From contig NC_045707.1 in the NCBI RefSeq assembly GCF_009834535.1, positions 17,112,001-17,176,000 on the forward strand: DNA of 64,000 bases, in the 5' to 3' direction. Under the pieces are notes generated by a model that did no database searches, was not told the DNA's origin, and saw only the letters and a program-made list of their open reading frames with translations. The stretch comes from Camelus ferus (taxonomy: Eukaryota). Both the position numbers and the translations under genes were made by a program. Shown one piece after another: positions 1 to 12,927 of the stretch (its first letter is position 1; each line of letters starts with the position of its first letter).

Positions 1-430
1 GCCCAGCCAGCATGTCCTTCCACTTCAGCTCCCGCTCCGCCGCCTTCCCGGGGCGCAGCGCCCAGGTGCGCCTGAGCTCAGTGCGCCCCGGCGGCTTCGC
101 TAGCAGCAGCAGCAGCCTCTACGGCCTGGGCGCCTCGCGGCCGCGCGTGGCCGTGCGCTCGTCCTACGGGGGTCCCGTGGGCGCCGGCATCCGCGAGGTC
201 ACCATCAATCAGAGCCTGCTGACCCCGCTGCATGTGGACATCGACCCCTCCATCCAGCAGGTGCGCCAGGAGGAGCGCGAGCAGATCAAGACCCTCAACA
301 ACAAGTTCGCCTCCTTCATCGACAAGGTGAGCTGGCCGGCACTGCCTGGAGACAGGCTCCAGGCTCCAGGCCCCAGGCCCCAGCAGCCGCCTCGCCATGC
401 CGCACGTGGGCCAGGCCCTGGGAGCGCTGG
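1..430. promoter_or_regulatory. CpG-island-like region over KRT7 exon 1
   Basis: Very GC- and CpG-dense sequence by eye. Confidence 0.7.
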
Positions 431-3400
431 TGCCGGCTCTCTTTACGCCGGTATCAGGGACCATAACCACCCCAAGAACCCTATGGCTATTTTGTTCCCC
501 TCAGTCTCCAACCCCTCTCTTCTAGCAAGCTGCCCAAATCGCCCTGCTTTTTCTTCCCGGAATGTGTGTCTGGGTCTGCCTGGCTGCCCTGGTGAGCTGT
601 GTCTCCAGCTGGGGTTCTTGGGCCGTTTTTGTAATTTGAGTCAAGTTGGGCTCTCCAGATGCCAGGGCCAGGACTTCTTATTTGGGCTCCCCTCTCTAGA
701 GAGGGGCTGTGGAGTCAGAGGTGCTCTCCACCCCCCAAGCTACTACCTAGCAGATGCTGGAAATAAAGAGCTGGAAGGAGGGAGGTTCCCAGACTCATCT
801 GCCCCACCTATCTGGTCCTCCAGCCTCCTTTTGGTGGTAGGAAGTGAGATTATACCTGCTCTTGGAGATCTCATCTGGGGGCACTGAGGGGATCCCGGGG
901 AAGGGTCATTTAAGAGATGTTTTCCCTAATTATTTAGGTCCCAAAGGGGTGAGGGATGGAGCTTAGGCGGACAGACTGGTGGAGCTGGACCCAAGAACTA
1001 AGGGCTAGCCCCACTGGGCCCCCCTGTCCAGGGCCTCCTCCTTGGGCATAGAGCAGGCTTTCCCTCTCCTGCCTTTGTTTACCCCTCCGCTTCCCTGGTC
1101 CCCCATATCCTCCTGTCTTTTACCCCTCGGACCGTACACATCCTTCAGATTCTGCTGCAGCCTCTGCAGGAAGCCCCGGGTTCCTCCCCTGCTGCTGAGC
1201 TGCAGCCCTGGGGCCTGCTGCCTGAGTTGCTGGTTTTGAGGAGACTTGCTTCCCACCACCACTCATACTGGGTGCTCCTGGGTGGTTAGGGACACATAAC
1301 CAGGACTCATTTACATTACTTGATTAAAGCGTCCTGTCCTGAGGCTTTGTTGGAGAAAGAGGGAAGGGGAGATATTTAGAGAGGAAGAGATGAGGTCCCT
1401 CCCTGAAGGGAGAGGGGCCGAGTCAGGCTCAGGATGCAGACAGGAAGTGGGCAGCCCTTCAGACGGGGAGATGGAGACCATCACCTGTGATGTGATGGGG
1501 AGCAGAGGAGGGAGGAGATCCTAAAGCACAAGCGTGGGGACACATCAATGACCAGGTCGACCTGAGCCCTGGACACACTCGGAGACACTTGAGACAGAGA
1601 GTCCTGGAGGAGAGGCCTGTTCAGAGTGGGCTTCCTGGAGGAGGAGGTCGATGGCTAGGGGCACAGGTTGAGGGAAGAGCCAGTGGGAACGTGGGCTCTC
1701 CTGGGTGGCTGGAGACCCTCCAAACCCCGCTGTGGGTGGTGAGGTCTGCCCCTCAGCAGTTTTCTCCTCCCTGCCCCTTCTAGGTGCGGTTCCTGGAGCA
1801 GCAGAACAAGCTGCTGGAGACCAAGTGGGCGCTGCTGCAGGAGCAGAAGTCGACCAAGAGCAGCCGCCTCCCGGGCATCTTTGAGGCCCACATTGCCGGC
1901 CTGCGGAAGCAGCTGGAGACACTACAGCTGGATGGGGGCTGCCTGGAGGTGGAGCTTCGGAACACACAGGACGTTGTGGAAGACTTCAAGAATAAGTACT
2001 GCCCCTCCAGTGCGACCTGGGACATCTATGCCCTGGGCCAATGTGCCCCTCTCAGCTGACCCTCTGCAAATCCTCTCTGGGTCGGGGGTCAGAGGGTGGC
2101 AGCTGCTGGGTCTCCTGAAGGGAAGATCTTGACTAGGGAAGAGCTTGACTAACACCTTCCCTGCCTCTCCTCTCTCCTCTCTGTTCCTGGGGGCTATCTT
2201 CAAGTCCTTCTGGTCTTTTCTCCCAACTTTTTTACTCGCAGTGAAAATATCTCAGCCCGGCCTGATCGGCACTGTTTCCTTTGGGTGCCTGACCAAGGCC
2301 CAGGAGAGGGCAGGGCGGAAGGTGTCCTATGACAGATGGGCACAACTCTTAGATTATTCTAGAACAGCTCCATTTTGTTCTGGTGAGGAATGGGAGTCCA
2401 GAGTTTCAGGGGCTTGATCGAGCTCACGTTAGCAGATCACTGGGAGGGCTGGGGCTTGTTTTGTGGCCTCTGACTCCCAGGAGGAGACTTGGAGCCAACT
2501 TGGGATGGAAAGAAGGAGAGAGAATGATTACTGTGAGCTATGGCTGTGGGGGTGGGTCTGGCCTGGGCAGGAACTGGCAAGGAGGCTGTGAGGAGGGGCA
2601 GGGAGTGCAGAGGCTGGGAACACTGGGTTTTGAGGACAGACCTTTGAGGTGCCTGTTCTCATTGGACAAACACCAAAGCCTGAGGCTTGGCTGGGCATCC
2701 CTGCCCAGTGGGCACTCTGGGGGAATGAGTGAGTTCTGTGCTCTGCCTGGGGATGTATGACTAAGCCTGAGCAGGGACACTGGCTCTGCCTGGAGGTAGA
2801 ACAAACAAAGGCCTCGGCAGGGAGTGCCTCCCCCTCCCCCTGGACTTCCCTAGGGCAATAGTCAACAGGATTAATCCTGCAGCAGGTGGAACCAGACAGG
2901 TGCAGGGCTGGGAAGTCCTGGGGCAACTGGTGAGCCCCTGCTGGCAGGTGTGCACGTGTAGGTGTGCATGTGTGCGCGCGCGCGTGTGAACATACAACTT
3001 CCCCCACACAGAGTGCTTTCCTGGGGGGCCAGGCTGAGCTCCAGGCTCAGGCTGAAGGAGGACCTGGAAGGGGATGCAGGGAAGGGTCCTGAGTGCAGCT
3101 ACTGGGGAGCTCCTCTCTGCACACCTCTGGGCCCAGCGGCAAGGCGCCCAGGCAGGACAGACGGCCTCGCGGATGTTTTCACAGCTGTTCTAGAGGACGT
3201 GGGGGAGTGGGACTTTGGGAATCTGGGCTCCTAGAGGGCCTCTGCCTGCCCAAGCATCCTGCTCCCTACCGTGGTTGCCCCACGTTGTGCCTGCTACTAC
3301 TTTAGCAGCTCGTGGGCACTGCTGAGTTCCTGTTCCAGACACCTTTTTTGAGTCATTAAATAAATCCTGGGTCAGGCCCACTGCTCTCTTGCTCTATTCC

Positions 3401-6400
3401 TTGCTTTGCCAAAGTCCTCCTATGGGCAGGCTGGCTCCTTGGGAGGAAGAGGGATGGGGGGTGCGGCTGTGGGAGTGGGGCTGGAGGCTTGGCCACCTAG
3501 TTGGGGCCTGATTCTTCCCCCTTCCTGAATCCACAAGGTTGCTCCTTCAGGCCCCTTCTTCACCCTCAGGGAGTGGGATTTAGTAGTGGTTAAGACGTGG
3601 GCTCAGGAGTCAGACTTCTGGGCTTCAAGTCTGGGCTTAGCAGGTTAGTGACTGGGCAGAGTACGCTGCCCCTCTGTGCCACTGTTCCTTTCCCTGCTGA
3701 GCATGGCACCAATGTTATAGGACTGTTGTGGGGATTAAATGAGCAAATGCATGGGTAACACGTAACAGTGCGGGCTCCGTATGAAGCGGTCCCTAAGCAT
3801 GATTATTATTTGCCATCTCACTGCCAGTATACGCAGCCTTTTCCTTTAATTTGCATGTTCTCTGCTCCCCCACCCTCATCCCGTACCAAGACTCAAAGCC
3901 CTAGAAACAGCCATATGGAAAAGTCAGGGACATTTTGTTTCACAGCTGACACCTGTTTTCTCAGGTGTGTCACTAAGAAGGGGGTGAGGGCGGGGCAGGG
4001 CAGATGTTCACACCTGGATATGGGGGGTGGATGGAGGCAAAACTGCATCCGCACCACACTGCCCTCCTTCACTGCAGGTATGAAGATGAAATTAACCGTC
4101 GCACGGCTGCCGAGAATGAGTTCGTGGTGTTGAAGAAGGTAAGGGGGGCAGACAGGTAGGATGGGGGGGCATTGTTTGAAAACACATGGGACAAGGGACC
4201 ACAGGCCTCTCGCCTGAGCAGCCAGTAGGGTCCTGTGGTCAAGGTCTGGCTGGGGTCTACAAGAAGGGAGTGATGGGCTTGGAGAACGACAGATCTGGGA
4301 GCCAGGCCCTTCTAGTCCAGCCTGCCTCATGTGCGTGTATGTGTGTCCGTGTGTGTGTGTGCATATCTGTGTGTGTATTTGTGTGTGTGTGTGTGTGTGT
4401 CTGGGAAGTCACTAGACTTGTTTCTGGGCTTGGAGGGGTTAGAATTAAGATTATAGGATGGAAATGAGAAAGGGCAATTTCAACCCCGAACAAGGGTATG
4501 TTCTATCATGGTCAGAACATTTAATTGAAAATAAGCATGGCATGTGGTGGGCCTGCAATATTTGCTGAATGAGTAGGGTGGGCTGCCCTGAGGCAGAGTG
4601 AGTTCCCCATCCCTGGAGGTGTGCAAGCTGAGGTTGGAAGGCCTAAGGAATATCTGAGAGAGGCTTGACTTAAGATGCTGATTCAAAGCACACTCACTCT
4701 GTGTTCCAAGCCCACACACAGAAATGTAATCTTCCCCAGAGTGCTGGGTCCTTGGAGATTCAGGGATGAGTGGAAGTGAGCCCTCCTCCCAGGAGCTTAA
4801 CCATGGGGAAGGATGACTAGCAGGGGCCTAGGTGTCACCTGGACCTGAGGTGTTACCTGTGGCCGGCCTGCCTCAGTGTCACCCAAGCAGCAAGCTCCAT
4901 ACTTAGGCTGGAGATTTTCCATCTCTGGGAGCAGTGTCCTCGAGTCTGAATGATTTCATGATCTCCCATTTGGTGAGAATTTGAAGCTCATAAAGTTAAA
5001 GTGATTTGTTCAAGTTCATGTAGCTCGTAGGTGGCAGAGCCAGGTGGGTGTGTAAACCATCAAAGCCTTCAGGAACTGGTGAAGTGCTAGGTTTGGGACT
5101 ATCAGGGCTGAGAAGGCACCTCAGTCCTGGGGATGTGTGGTGATGGTACCTATCTCGCAGCCTGGGGCTTCCAGTGGAGGAAGCTTCCTGCTGTGGGCAC
5201 GTCCCGCAGCCTGGAGGAGCTGTATATTTCTTGGTAGGGCAGTGGTCGGGGCTGGATGATGCTGGCTTGCTCCTGCCCCTGCTAAATGATTTGTGTACCG
5301 AGAACATGGTGACCCTCTACCTCTTCTCACCACCACCCCTCCCAGGATGTAGATGTTGCCTACATGAACAAGGTGGAATTGGAGGCCAAGGTGGACGCCT
5401 TGAATGACGAGATCAACTTCCTCAGGACTCTCTATGAGGAGGTGAGGACCTCAGGGGTGGGAGAGATGCTACGTCCTACATTTCCTAACCAGGGAGCCAT
5501 CTGGTCCACCACTTGCCTCTGGGCCAGTCTGGGTGTGTGTTGGGCAGTTTACCCTGCTCTTTAATCTTTCTAATTCAGGAATCTATAGTGGGCAAGGAGT
5601 TCAGGAGGAGCTGAGGCAGCACAGAAGAGTGGAGTCAGTCAAAACTGGCCTTCTAGAGACGTGGGATGACCATTTGCCAGGGAGGGGGATTGGGAGGGGC
5701 AGAAAGGAACCAGGTGGATGTCAAGGGATCTGGGCAATGACAGGGTTCACAGGTGGCCTGGGTGGGTTGGCAGGGGAGCCTGAGTCAGGAGAAACTGGAG
5801 TGCCTGAGGGTTTACGCCCCCAACTCAGCCATTCTGTCTGTCCACCCCTCCCACCTCCTCTGCTGCTCAGCCTTGCCTTGCCCTCGGCTTCCAGCTCCTT
5901 TCCCTCATGTGGATTTAAAAACCTCTTCATCCCATCAGTGTGAGTCTCTGGCCTTGTGCAGAGGAGAGGGTGGCCGATCATCTGGTTGGTCTGGGACATA
6001 ATTACACTTGAGGCTGATTACAGACTAGTTCTCATTTCTCTTCAGTTGAGTCTTGGCCTGAGCATCCTGCCTCCATTAGCCCTTCTGAGAGAATTTCCAC
6101 ATGTGTTAATTTCAGGGGCTGGCTCCTTGAGTCTGACTTTGGGTTCTCCTAGTCTCAGTGCAAGTCTTCATATGTTATATACGTGTGTGGGGGTGTGTGT
6201 ATTATATACATGTATATGCAATTCTTTTCCTTTGAAAAGAGACATATATACTCATTGCAAAAAATCCAGAACATTAAGTAAAGCAGAAAATTGAAAACAG
6301 GCCTCCTATACCTACTCTTATCATTTTGGTGTCTACCTTTTCAGCCTTTTTCTGTGCATATGTTTACACTGAGACACAGAAATATATATTTTAATGAAAC

Positions 6401-9400
6401 AGAATCAGTTGTTTTTTCATGTGATGATATACCATGCATATATTTCCTTGTCTGTAAATACAGCTGTATCATCAGTTTTAAAGGCTGCAGAGGGTTCCAT
6501 TATAAGGTGGAATATGACATTTTACCCACCACTCATGATCGATCCCCTCACAAGAGACCTCACAGCCAGGAGCCACCACAGTTGACCACACTCTCTCACT
6601 TGTTTGTCTGCTGTGATCCTGCCAGACTCTTATTTGAGAAGTTGCTAACGGGCTCTTCCGGGAGCCAGGGCTGGGCGGAGCCATTTAACAGGTGCCTGGG
6701 CTGTGCCCCTTGCTGCCTGGGTACTCACTCGCACTCCGGCCTCATCTCCCTTTTTCTTGCTCTAGTGTGTGGGGAAGATCCTAGGATGGGAAGTGGGGGG
6801 TCCCAGGGTGGAAAGATCCCAGGGTGGGAACGGGAATGAGTTATGCCCCAGGTCCTGACATTCTGTTCTGTCCCTACAGGAGTTCAAAGAGCTGCAGTCC
6901 GAGATCTCAGACACGTCTGTGGTCCTGTCCATGGACAACAGCCGCTCCCTGGACCTGGACTGGCATCATTGCTGAGGTCAAGGCCCAGTATGAGGAGATC
7001 GCCAACCGCAGCCGGGCCGAGGCCGAGACCATGTACCAGACCAAGGTGTGCTGCCACTGGAGGAATATTTTCTCTTCCTGGCAGGGTCCTCAGTGGTGGC
7101 TTCCCTTACTCCTCACTCAGTCCCAAGCCTTCAGGGCCTGGGTCCCACTGTGCTGACAGGCACCAAGGGTTAAGTCTGTGGTGGTCTCCAGTGTCCTGGG
7201 AAGAAGAGGAGGCGAAGTCCAGGTCCCTGCCCAGGGAGAGTCCAGCCTGATGGGGTAGGGCAGGGCAGAGGAAATGCACATAGATTAATAATTATTGTAA
7301 CTAAAATTTGGCAAGTGTGCACAGTGCTAGGCAGTGTTTCAGATATTTTACCGGCACTGACTCATTTAACCCACACAACAGCCCTATTATGTGGGCACTA
7401 TTATTATCCCCCTTTTACAGATGAGGATACTGAAGCACCTCGAGGTTAAGTTATTTGTCTAACTCCACACAGCTAGTGAATGGAGGAGCAGGGACTGAAT
7501 CCTGGGTCCAAGGGCTCTGGACCAGGCAGGTTTAATCATTACATGCACCGTATGGGAGCAGGGCAGCTGATGGTGCAGGTGCTGGGGGAATGGGCAGCGG
7601 GGTGCTGGGGTAAACCAGTGTCCCGGGGGAGGAAGCCTGAGGGTTTAAAAGCAGCAGCAAAGGAATGTCTCTGCAGAGATAGGAAGTCATCCATGGTGCA
7701 GTGTGAGAACACACGTATGCCAATAAGGATACCCAGGTTTAGACTTTCTGTGTGACCTGCGGGCAGTCCTTTCCCTTCTCTGGGACTCATTCTCCTCATC
7801 TGTGAAATGGGTGGTGCTGATCAAGGGGTGAATAGGTGAGGATCTGAGACATCCAGTGACTCTCCAGCACTGGGACGTCATGGGCATGGGAAGAGCCCCG
7901 GGATCAATGGGGATGGGCCCGGGGAGTCATCCTTGTCCTTGTCGTGGCTGGGAGGAGACTGAAGCCCTGCCTCACCCCAATGTCCAAGAGTCCAGCCTCC
8001 TGGCATCGGGCAAAGCTTGCTAGGAGTCAGAGTGTCCCTCCCTGGGAAGATAAGCTTGGAGGGCTTGTCACTCAGAACCCGGGGCCTTCTTTGGGTGGGG
8101 AGAAGACGAGTCACCTGTAATCATGACCACCCCCGCCATCCTTCTCTGTGTGGCCTCTCCAGTTTGAGACCCTTCAGGCCCAGGCTGGGAAGCACGGGGA
8201 TGAACTTCGGAATACCCGAAATGAGATTGCGGAGATGAACCGGGCCGTCCAGAGGCTGCAGGCGGAGATCGACAGCATCAAGAACCAGGTGGGCCCCAGC
8301 CCTCCTCCCTGAGGCATGTGAAGGGCAGCCAGCTGAGGCCAAGCTCAGGATGAGGAGCCAAAGGCTAGGGGCGAGGGTGTCAGCCCTGTCCCTACGGCCC
8401 TGGAGGCAGAGGCTGGTGCAGCTCAAGTCTCTCTGGCCCACGTGTGAGCTCCCCAGGACAAAACGTTCCTGGCCAGGTCCTGGCTTGACCGAAGGGAGGA
8501 TAGGGGTCCTAGCTGGGCCTACAGCCTATGGAGGAAGCCTCAGGCTGGCTAGCCAGAGCCACCATTTGTTACCACACTGATACTGGGCCCTCTTCATGCA
8601 CCTAGCTCTGGGTGCCATCCAGTGTCCCTAGAAGCGGGGGGCCGGAGGCAGCAGAGTCCCTCACTGTGGCTCGCAAGGCCCTGTCCCATCCACTGACCTC
8701 ACTCCCCACCGCTCCCTCTCCCGCTGTGCTCTTGCTGCTTCCTGTATCTTCCATTTGCCAAGCATCTTCATGCTTCAGGGCCTCGGCACGCGGTGTTCCT
8801 GTCACCTGGAATGTGATTCTCCCAGCTCCGTACGTGGCTACCCTCTTCTCCCCCCTGGGCTTTAGGACAGAAGACCTCTTCTCAGGGATCTCTCTCAGCA
8901 GTCTGTATGAGGTTCCCTGAAACACTCACTACTCTCTGAAATTTTCTGTCTTATTGACTACTGACTTACTAGGTAAGTCTTACTAATTAAGTATAAATAA
9001 GTATTGTCCCCCACCTCCACTGGAATATTAAAAATGCCTTAAGAGCAGGGACCCTGCTTCTGTCTGGTTCACTGCTCCTCCCTGCCCAGCACCTCACTCA
9101 TGGTCGGGGCACAGGTTTCAGATAACAGACTGATGGGAGGATGTGCTGTGAAGCTGGGGTGGGGCACATTGATGAGGAAGGGTCCCCCAAGCCCTGGCCA
9201 AGGCATGGGGGTGGGAGGGCAGCGAAGCCAGAGCAGGGGTCTGCAGCGGGGAGGGAGAGAAGCCGATGGGTGCAGCAGCTTCAGAGGGCTAACTCTCAGG
9301 TGAGCCAGAGCCTGGGAGGTGGGGGTGATCTACCCAGAAGTGTCCTCCCCTTGGAGTCCGGCAGGCCTGTTTACATGAGGGGGAGGGCAGAGGCTGCCTC

Positions 9401-12400
9401 CTGGCATAGATGCAGGGCCATGAATCACCGGTGCAGCGAGCCCAGCGTCCAGGCCAGGAGGGGAGGCACAGAATAATAAATGACCATTTCCCAAATCCCT
9501 TGTCACATCTGGTTCTCCTCTCCCCATGCCAAGGCAGAGCCACACCCTGGAGCTGGGGGAGTCTACCACCATCAAGGGGCTCAGAGGCAGTGGGATGGCC
9601 CTGCCAAGGGGGCAAGAGTGTGACAGGGAAGGGCACCGACCAGTGGATGGGGGCAGAGGGCATCAGCCAGCCTCCTGGGGAGGATTGGGGGTGTTGGCAG
9701 CGAGGCAGAGTGCATGCACTGAGAGGAAAGGATCTGAGGGCAGAGGACAGTCATGAGAAGGAAGGAGGAGGAGCGCTGGGCTTGGGGATGGGGATGGTGG
9801 CCCTCTGAGCTGAACAAGAGGCCACCCAGGACTGGACAGGCTCTTCTAGTGGGGGACGGGCCACAGGAGAGGGAATAGTAAGGCGTGGCAGGAAGCTGCA
9901 GCTGCGGCTCAAGTCCGTTGAGCATCATACCACCCCTGTCCAAACCTGGGGGACTATTGATCTGGGGTGTGACGGTTTCAAGCAGTGTCTCTATGCTCCA
10001 AGTCTCCCTGTTCTGGGCATGTTCCAAACTGGTTCCTGTTTTGAAGGTATTTTTGGTTCCGGTCAGCTACCTGAAATTTGGGGGCTAAATTAGGATCCCA
10101 TAGACTTGGAGCTTCTCCAGCTAGGGGTTAAGGGTAGTGGGCATTTGTAAATCATAATAGCATTTATTTATAACAGTGATCATAATAGTGTTTATTAAAC
10201 ACTTACTGTATGTTAGACACTGTGCGAGGCCTTGTATATTATCTCATTTAATACTTTGCAGTATCCCTGTGAGGTAGAAACTGTGATTACTGCTATTTCA
10301 GAAAAGAGGAGACTGGCTTAGAAGGGTTGATTCTAAGATCACATGGCTTGTAAGTTGCAGAGCCAGAGTTGGAACCTAGGCATTAGATATCAAAACCCAT
10401 GTCTTAAATCCTTAGGATTCCATGGTGCTTGGGGGAGTGGGCTGGTGCCAGTGAAGCCACTGTAAGCAAGTTGCCCACATGCTGACTGCAGGATGGGGAG
10501 GCAGGAAGGCCGTGACTGGCGAGGCCTGCCCCCTAGCTCACAGCTCCACTTCCGCCCACAGCGTGCCAAGTTGGAGGCTGCCATCGCTGAGGCTGAGGAG
10601 CGTGGGGAGCTGGCACTCAAGGATGCACGCGCCAAGCAGAAAGAGCTGGAGGCTGCCCTGCAACAAGCCAAGCAGGACATGGCCCGGCAGCTCCGGGAGT
10701 ACCAGGAGCTGATGAATATCAAGCTGGCCCTGGACATCGAGATCGCCACCTACCGCAAGCTGCTGGAGGGCGAGGAGAGCAGGTGAGGACACAGAAGCTG
10801 GGCAGGGGATCCCTCTGGGGCTCAGTAGGGCCTGGGGCTTAACATCCCTCCATCTGCAAGCATTTCCTGCGTACACTCTTCGGCAGGGCACTGGGAGTGG
10901 GAGGTGTAGGGAGGGAACAGATGATGTTTGCTTATTGCCCTGGATGAGATGACTATTTAGATGGAAAGACCATATGGTGTAAAGCTTGGTGGGCGGGAAA
11001 GTTGAGGGGATAACAGCGCTTTTGGTGTGTGTGGCCATTAGCAGGGTCATCTTATCTGATCCTCAGAACACATTCAGGTGAGCAAGTCAGGTATTCCTGA
11101 GTCCCTAGTTTACAGAAGGAAAACTGGTTAGTTTTATTAATTGAGGGGACAGGGCCAGTGTGCGGTCAAGCTCTGCTGATTCCTGGTTCTAGTGGCGTCA
11201 GGCTGCTTCTCACTACATGACTGAGTGCTAAGTCCCGTGGTATTGCCCTATCCTGGTGGAGAGGTGAATTTCCCCCTGTCCCTAGAGAGATCTGCATATT
11301 CACCTGAAGCCTGAGACAAGGCTGGACTGGGCTAGTCTTACAGGAAATTTTTCATGAGAGCCATGGAACCTCTGAAGTTGGGTCTTCATACTTACTGTGA
11401 TTGGTTGGTTGACTCATTTGGTCAACAGACAAGGGGCCTGGAAGCTTCCTAGCATCCCCATCTCTTGCCCTTAGTTTTTCTCCGCCCCTTTCCTGGACTT
11501 AGGGCTGCTGGAGACAACTGGACTTCCCTCCCTCCCTCTGCTAAATGGAGATCCTCCTTTACCCCTCTGCAGAGTAAACGCATCTGGAAGGTCGAGGGCT
11601 TGGTGTCAATGGGGCTGTGAGTCAAAAAGCAAATGTATCCAGCTGTCTGGAGTGGATTTTTAATTTCCAGTGCAAGACTTGTTTCAGCCCCACAGGCTGC
11701 TGAAAGCCACTCCACCTCCCTCCCCTTCTCTCCTCAGTCCAGGCTGGAGCTGAATTCACTCAATCAACAATTCACTAATTATTTCCACACACATTAAGTA
11801 ATTCCTGTGTGCCAGACCTCATGCTAGGGACTGGAGATGCAGGAATCAATAAGCTACAGCCTACTTTGAGAATTTTATGGTCCAATCAGGGGAGGCAGCC
11901 ATCCACATAAACAATGAAGGTGGCTGCTGTTGACCAACTCCTGAGTGCCAGGGCTTTAGGTAAGTTATGTTATTTAACCATCACAAACAACCCTGTGAGG
12001 TCAGTACTGAGTTAGGTGAGGAAATGGAGGCTCCGAGACACTCCCCAGGTCATGTAGCCAGTAGGCAGGAGGGCCGAAGTGAACCCCCCTCCCTACTCCT
12101 CACTCATTTTGTAACAAGGCTGAAGGAAGGCTGGGCGTGTGGAGACAAAGCAAAGGAGCATCAGTGCTGCCTGAGGCCTGGACAGAGGGGTGTGGGAGTT
12201 CTTCCAGTGCTGAGGCCCTCACAGGTCTTTCCTCTGCCCCCAGGTTGACCGGAGATGGAGTGGGAGCCGTGAACATCTGTAAGTTCTTGGCTGTGGGCCC
12301 GTCCCCTCTGCTGTGCAGACTAGGCTGGGTCTGTAGGATGGCACATTGGCCTGAGGGCCTGGCCTTGTGGCGGCCGGGAGCCTCCTTCCCTTTGACAGTT

Positions 12401-12813
12401 TTCAGTAGGGACCCTTACGCTCCCATCCAGCCAGGCAGGCTCAACAGCCCAGGGGAGCCGTGCAAGAGGGCAGGGTGGGGCTGGGGGCAGCGTGGACCAG
12501 AGGCTCACCACTGTTGGAGGCTCCTTCTGGGCTGGCCCTGGCTGTTGTGGGAAGGGGAGGTGGGTGGGGGGAGGAAGATGGGCAGCTGCGGCAGGAGGGT
12601 GGGGCCTCGGGTGGTGGGCCTCACTCTGATGGAGACCTCCTCCCTTCTCACTCAGCTGTGGTGAATTCCACTGGCGGTGCTGGCAGTCGGCTGACCTTCG
12701 GAGGAACCATGGGCAACAATGCCCTGAGATTCTCCAGTGGCGGAGGGCCCGGGGCCCTCAAGACCTACTCCATTAGGACCACATCTGCTACTGGCAGGAG
12801 CACCCTCAACTGA
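12..12813 (+). CDS. KRT7: Keratin 7, type II simple-epithelial keratin; 9 exons; apparent +1 frameshift in exon 5
   Basis: Exons: 12-326, 1784-1995, 4078-4138, 5346-5441, 6880-7045, 8163-8288, 10562-10782, 12244-12278, 12656-12813, all GT-AG. Head [40 protein letters not shown], helix start [22 protein letters not shown], helix end [15 protein letters not shown] and tail [26 protein letters not shown] match KRT7 as recalled. Exon 5 is 166 nt instead of 165 (extra base near 6961). Confidence 0.95.
3585..3830 (+). mobile_element. MIR SINE
   Basis: gtggttaag..gagtcagac..gtggggattaaatgag core. Confidence 0.6.
4330..4400. repeat. Imperfect (TG)n microsatellite in KRT7 intron 3
   Basis: Directly visible. 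Confidence 0.85.
7288..7510 (-). mobile_element. MIR SINE
   Basis: ctcatttaacccacacaac..ttttacagatgaggatactgaagc..ggttaag core. Confidence 0.7.
8700..9135 (+). mobile_element. LINE-2 3' fragment
   Basis: gttcctgtcacctggaatgtgattctccc..aagagcagggaccctgcttctgtctggttcactgct resembles the L2 3' end. Confidence 0.5.
10160..10385 (-). mobile_element. MIR SINE
   Basis: tttattaaacacttactgtatg..tctcatttaat..ttgcagagccagagttggaacc. Confidence 0.65.
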
Positions 12814-12921
12814 GCCCCGGGAGTGGGAGACCCTTACCCTGACCCCATAGTTACAAGACAAGTCCCATCCCTGGTCCCAAGACTGCAAGGCAGTCTGAAA
12901 AATGATGTCAGAATAGCTTCC

Positions 12922-12927
12922 AATAAA
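12922..12927 (+). terminator. KRT7 polyadenylation signal AATAAA
   Basis: AATAAA about 110 nt after the TGA at 12811-12813. Confidence 0.85.

Noticed and set aside
12-887. 291-aa ORF as a single-exon protein
   Set aside because: Only 12-326 is KRT7 exon 1; the rest is read-through past the GTGAGC donor into intron 1. The same applies to 58878-59465 and 26068-26517.
1996-2001. Weak KRT7 intron 2 donor GTACTG as a possible lesion
   Set aside because: GT is intact, and exon size (212 nt) and phase are as expected; not evidence of inactivation.
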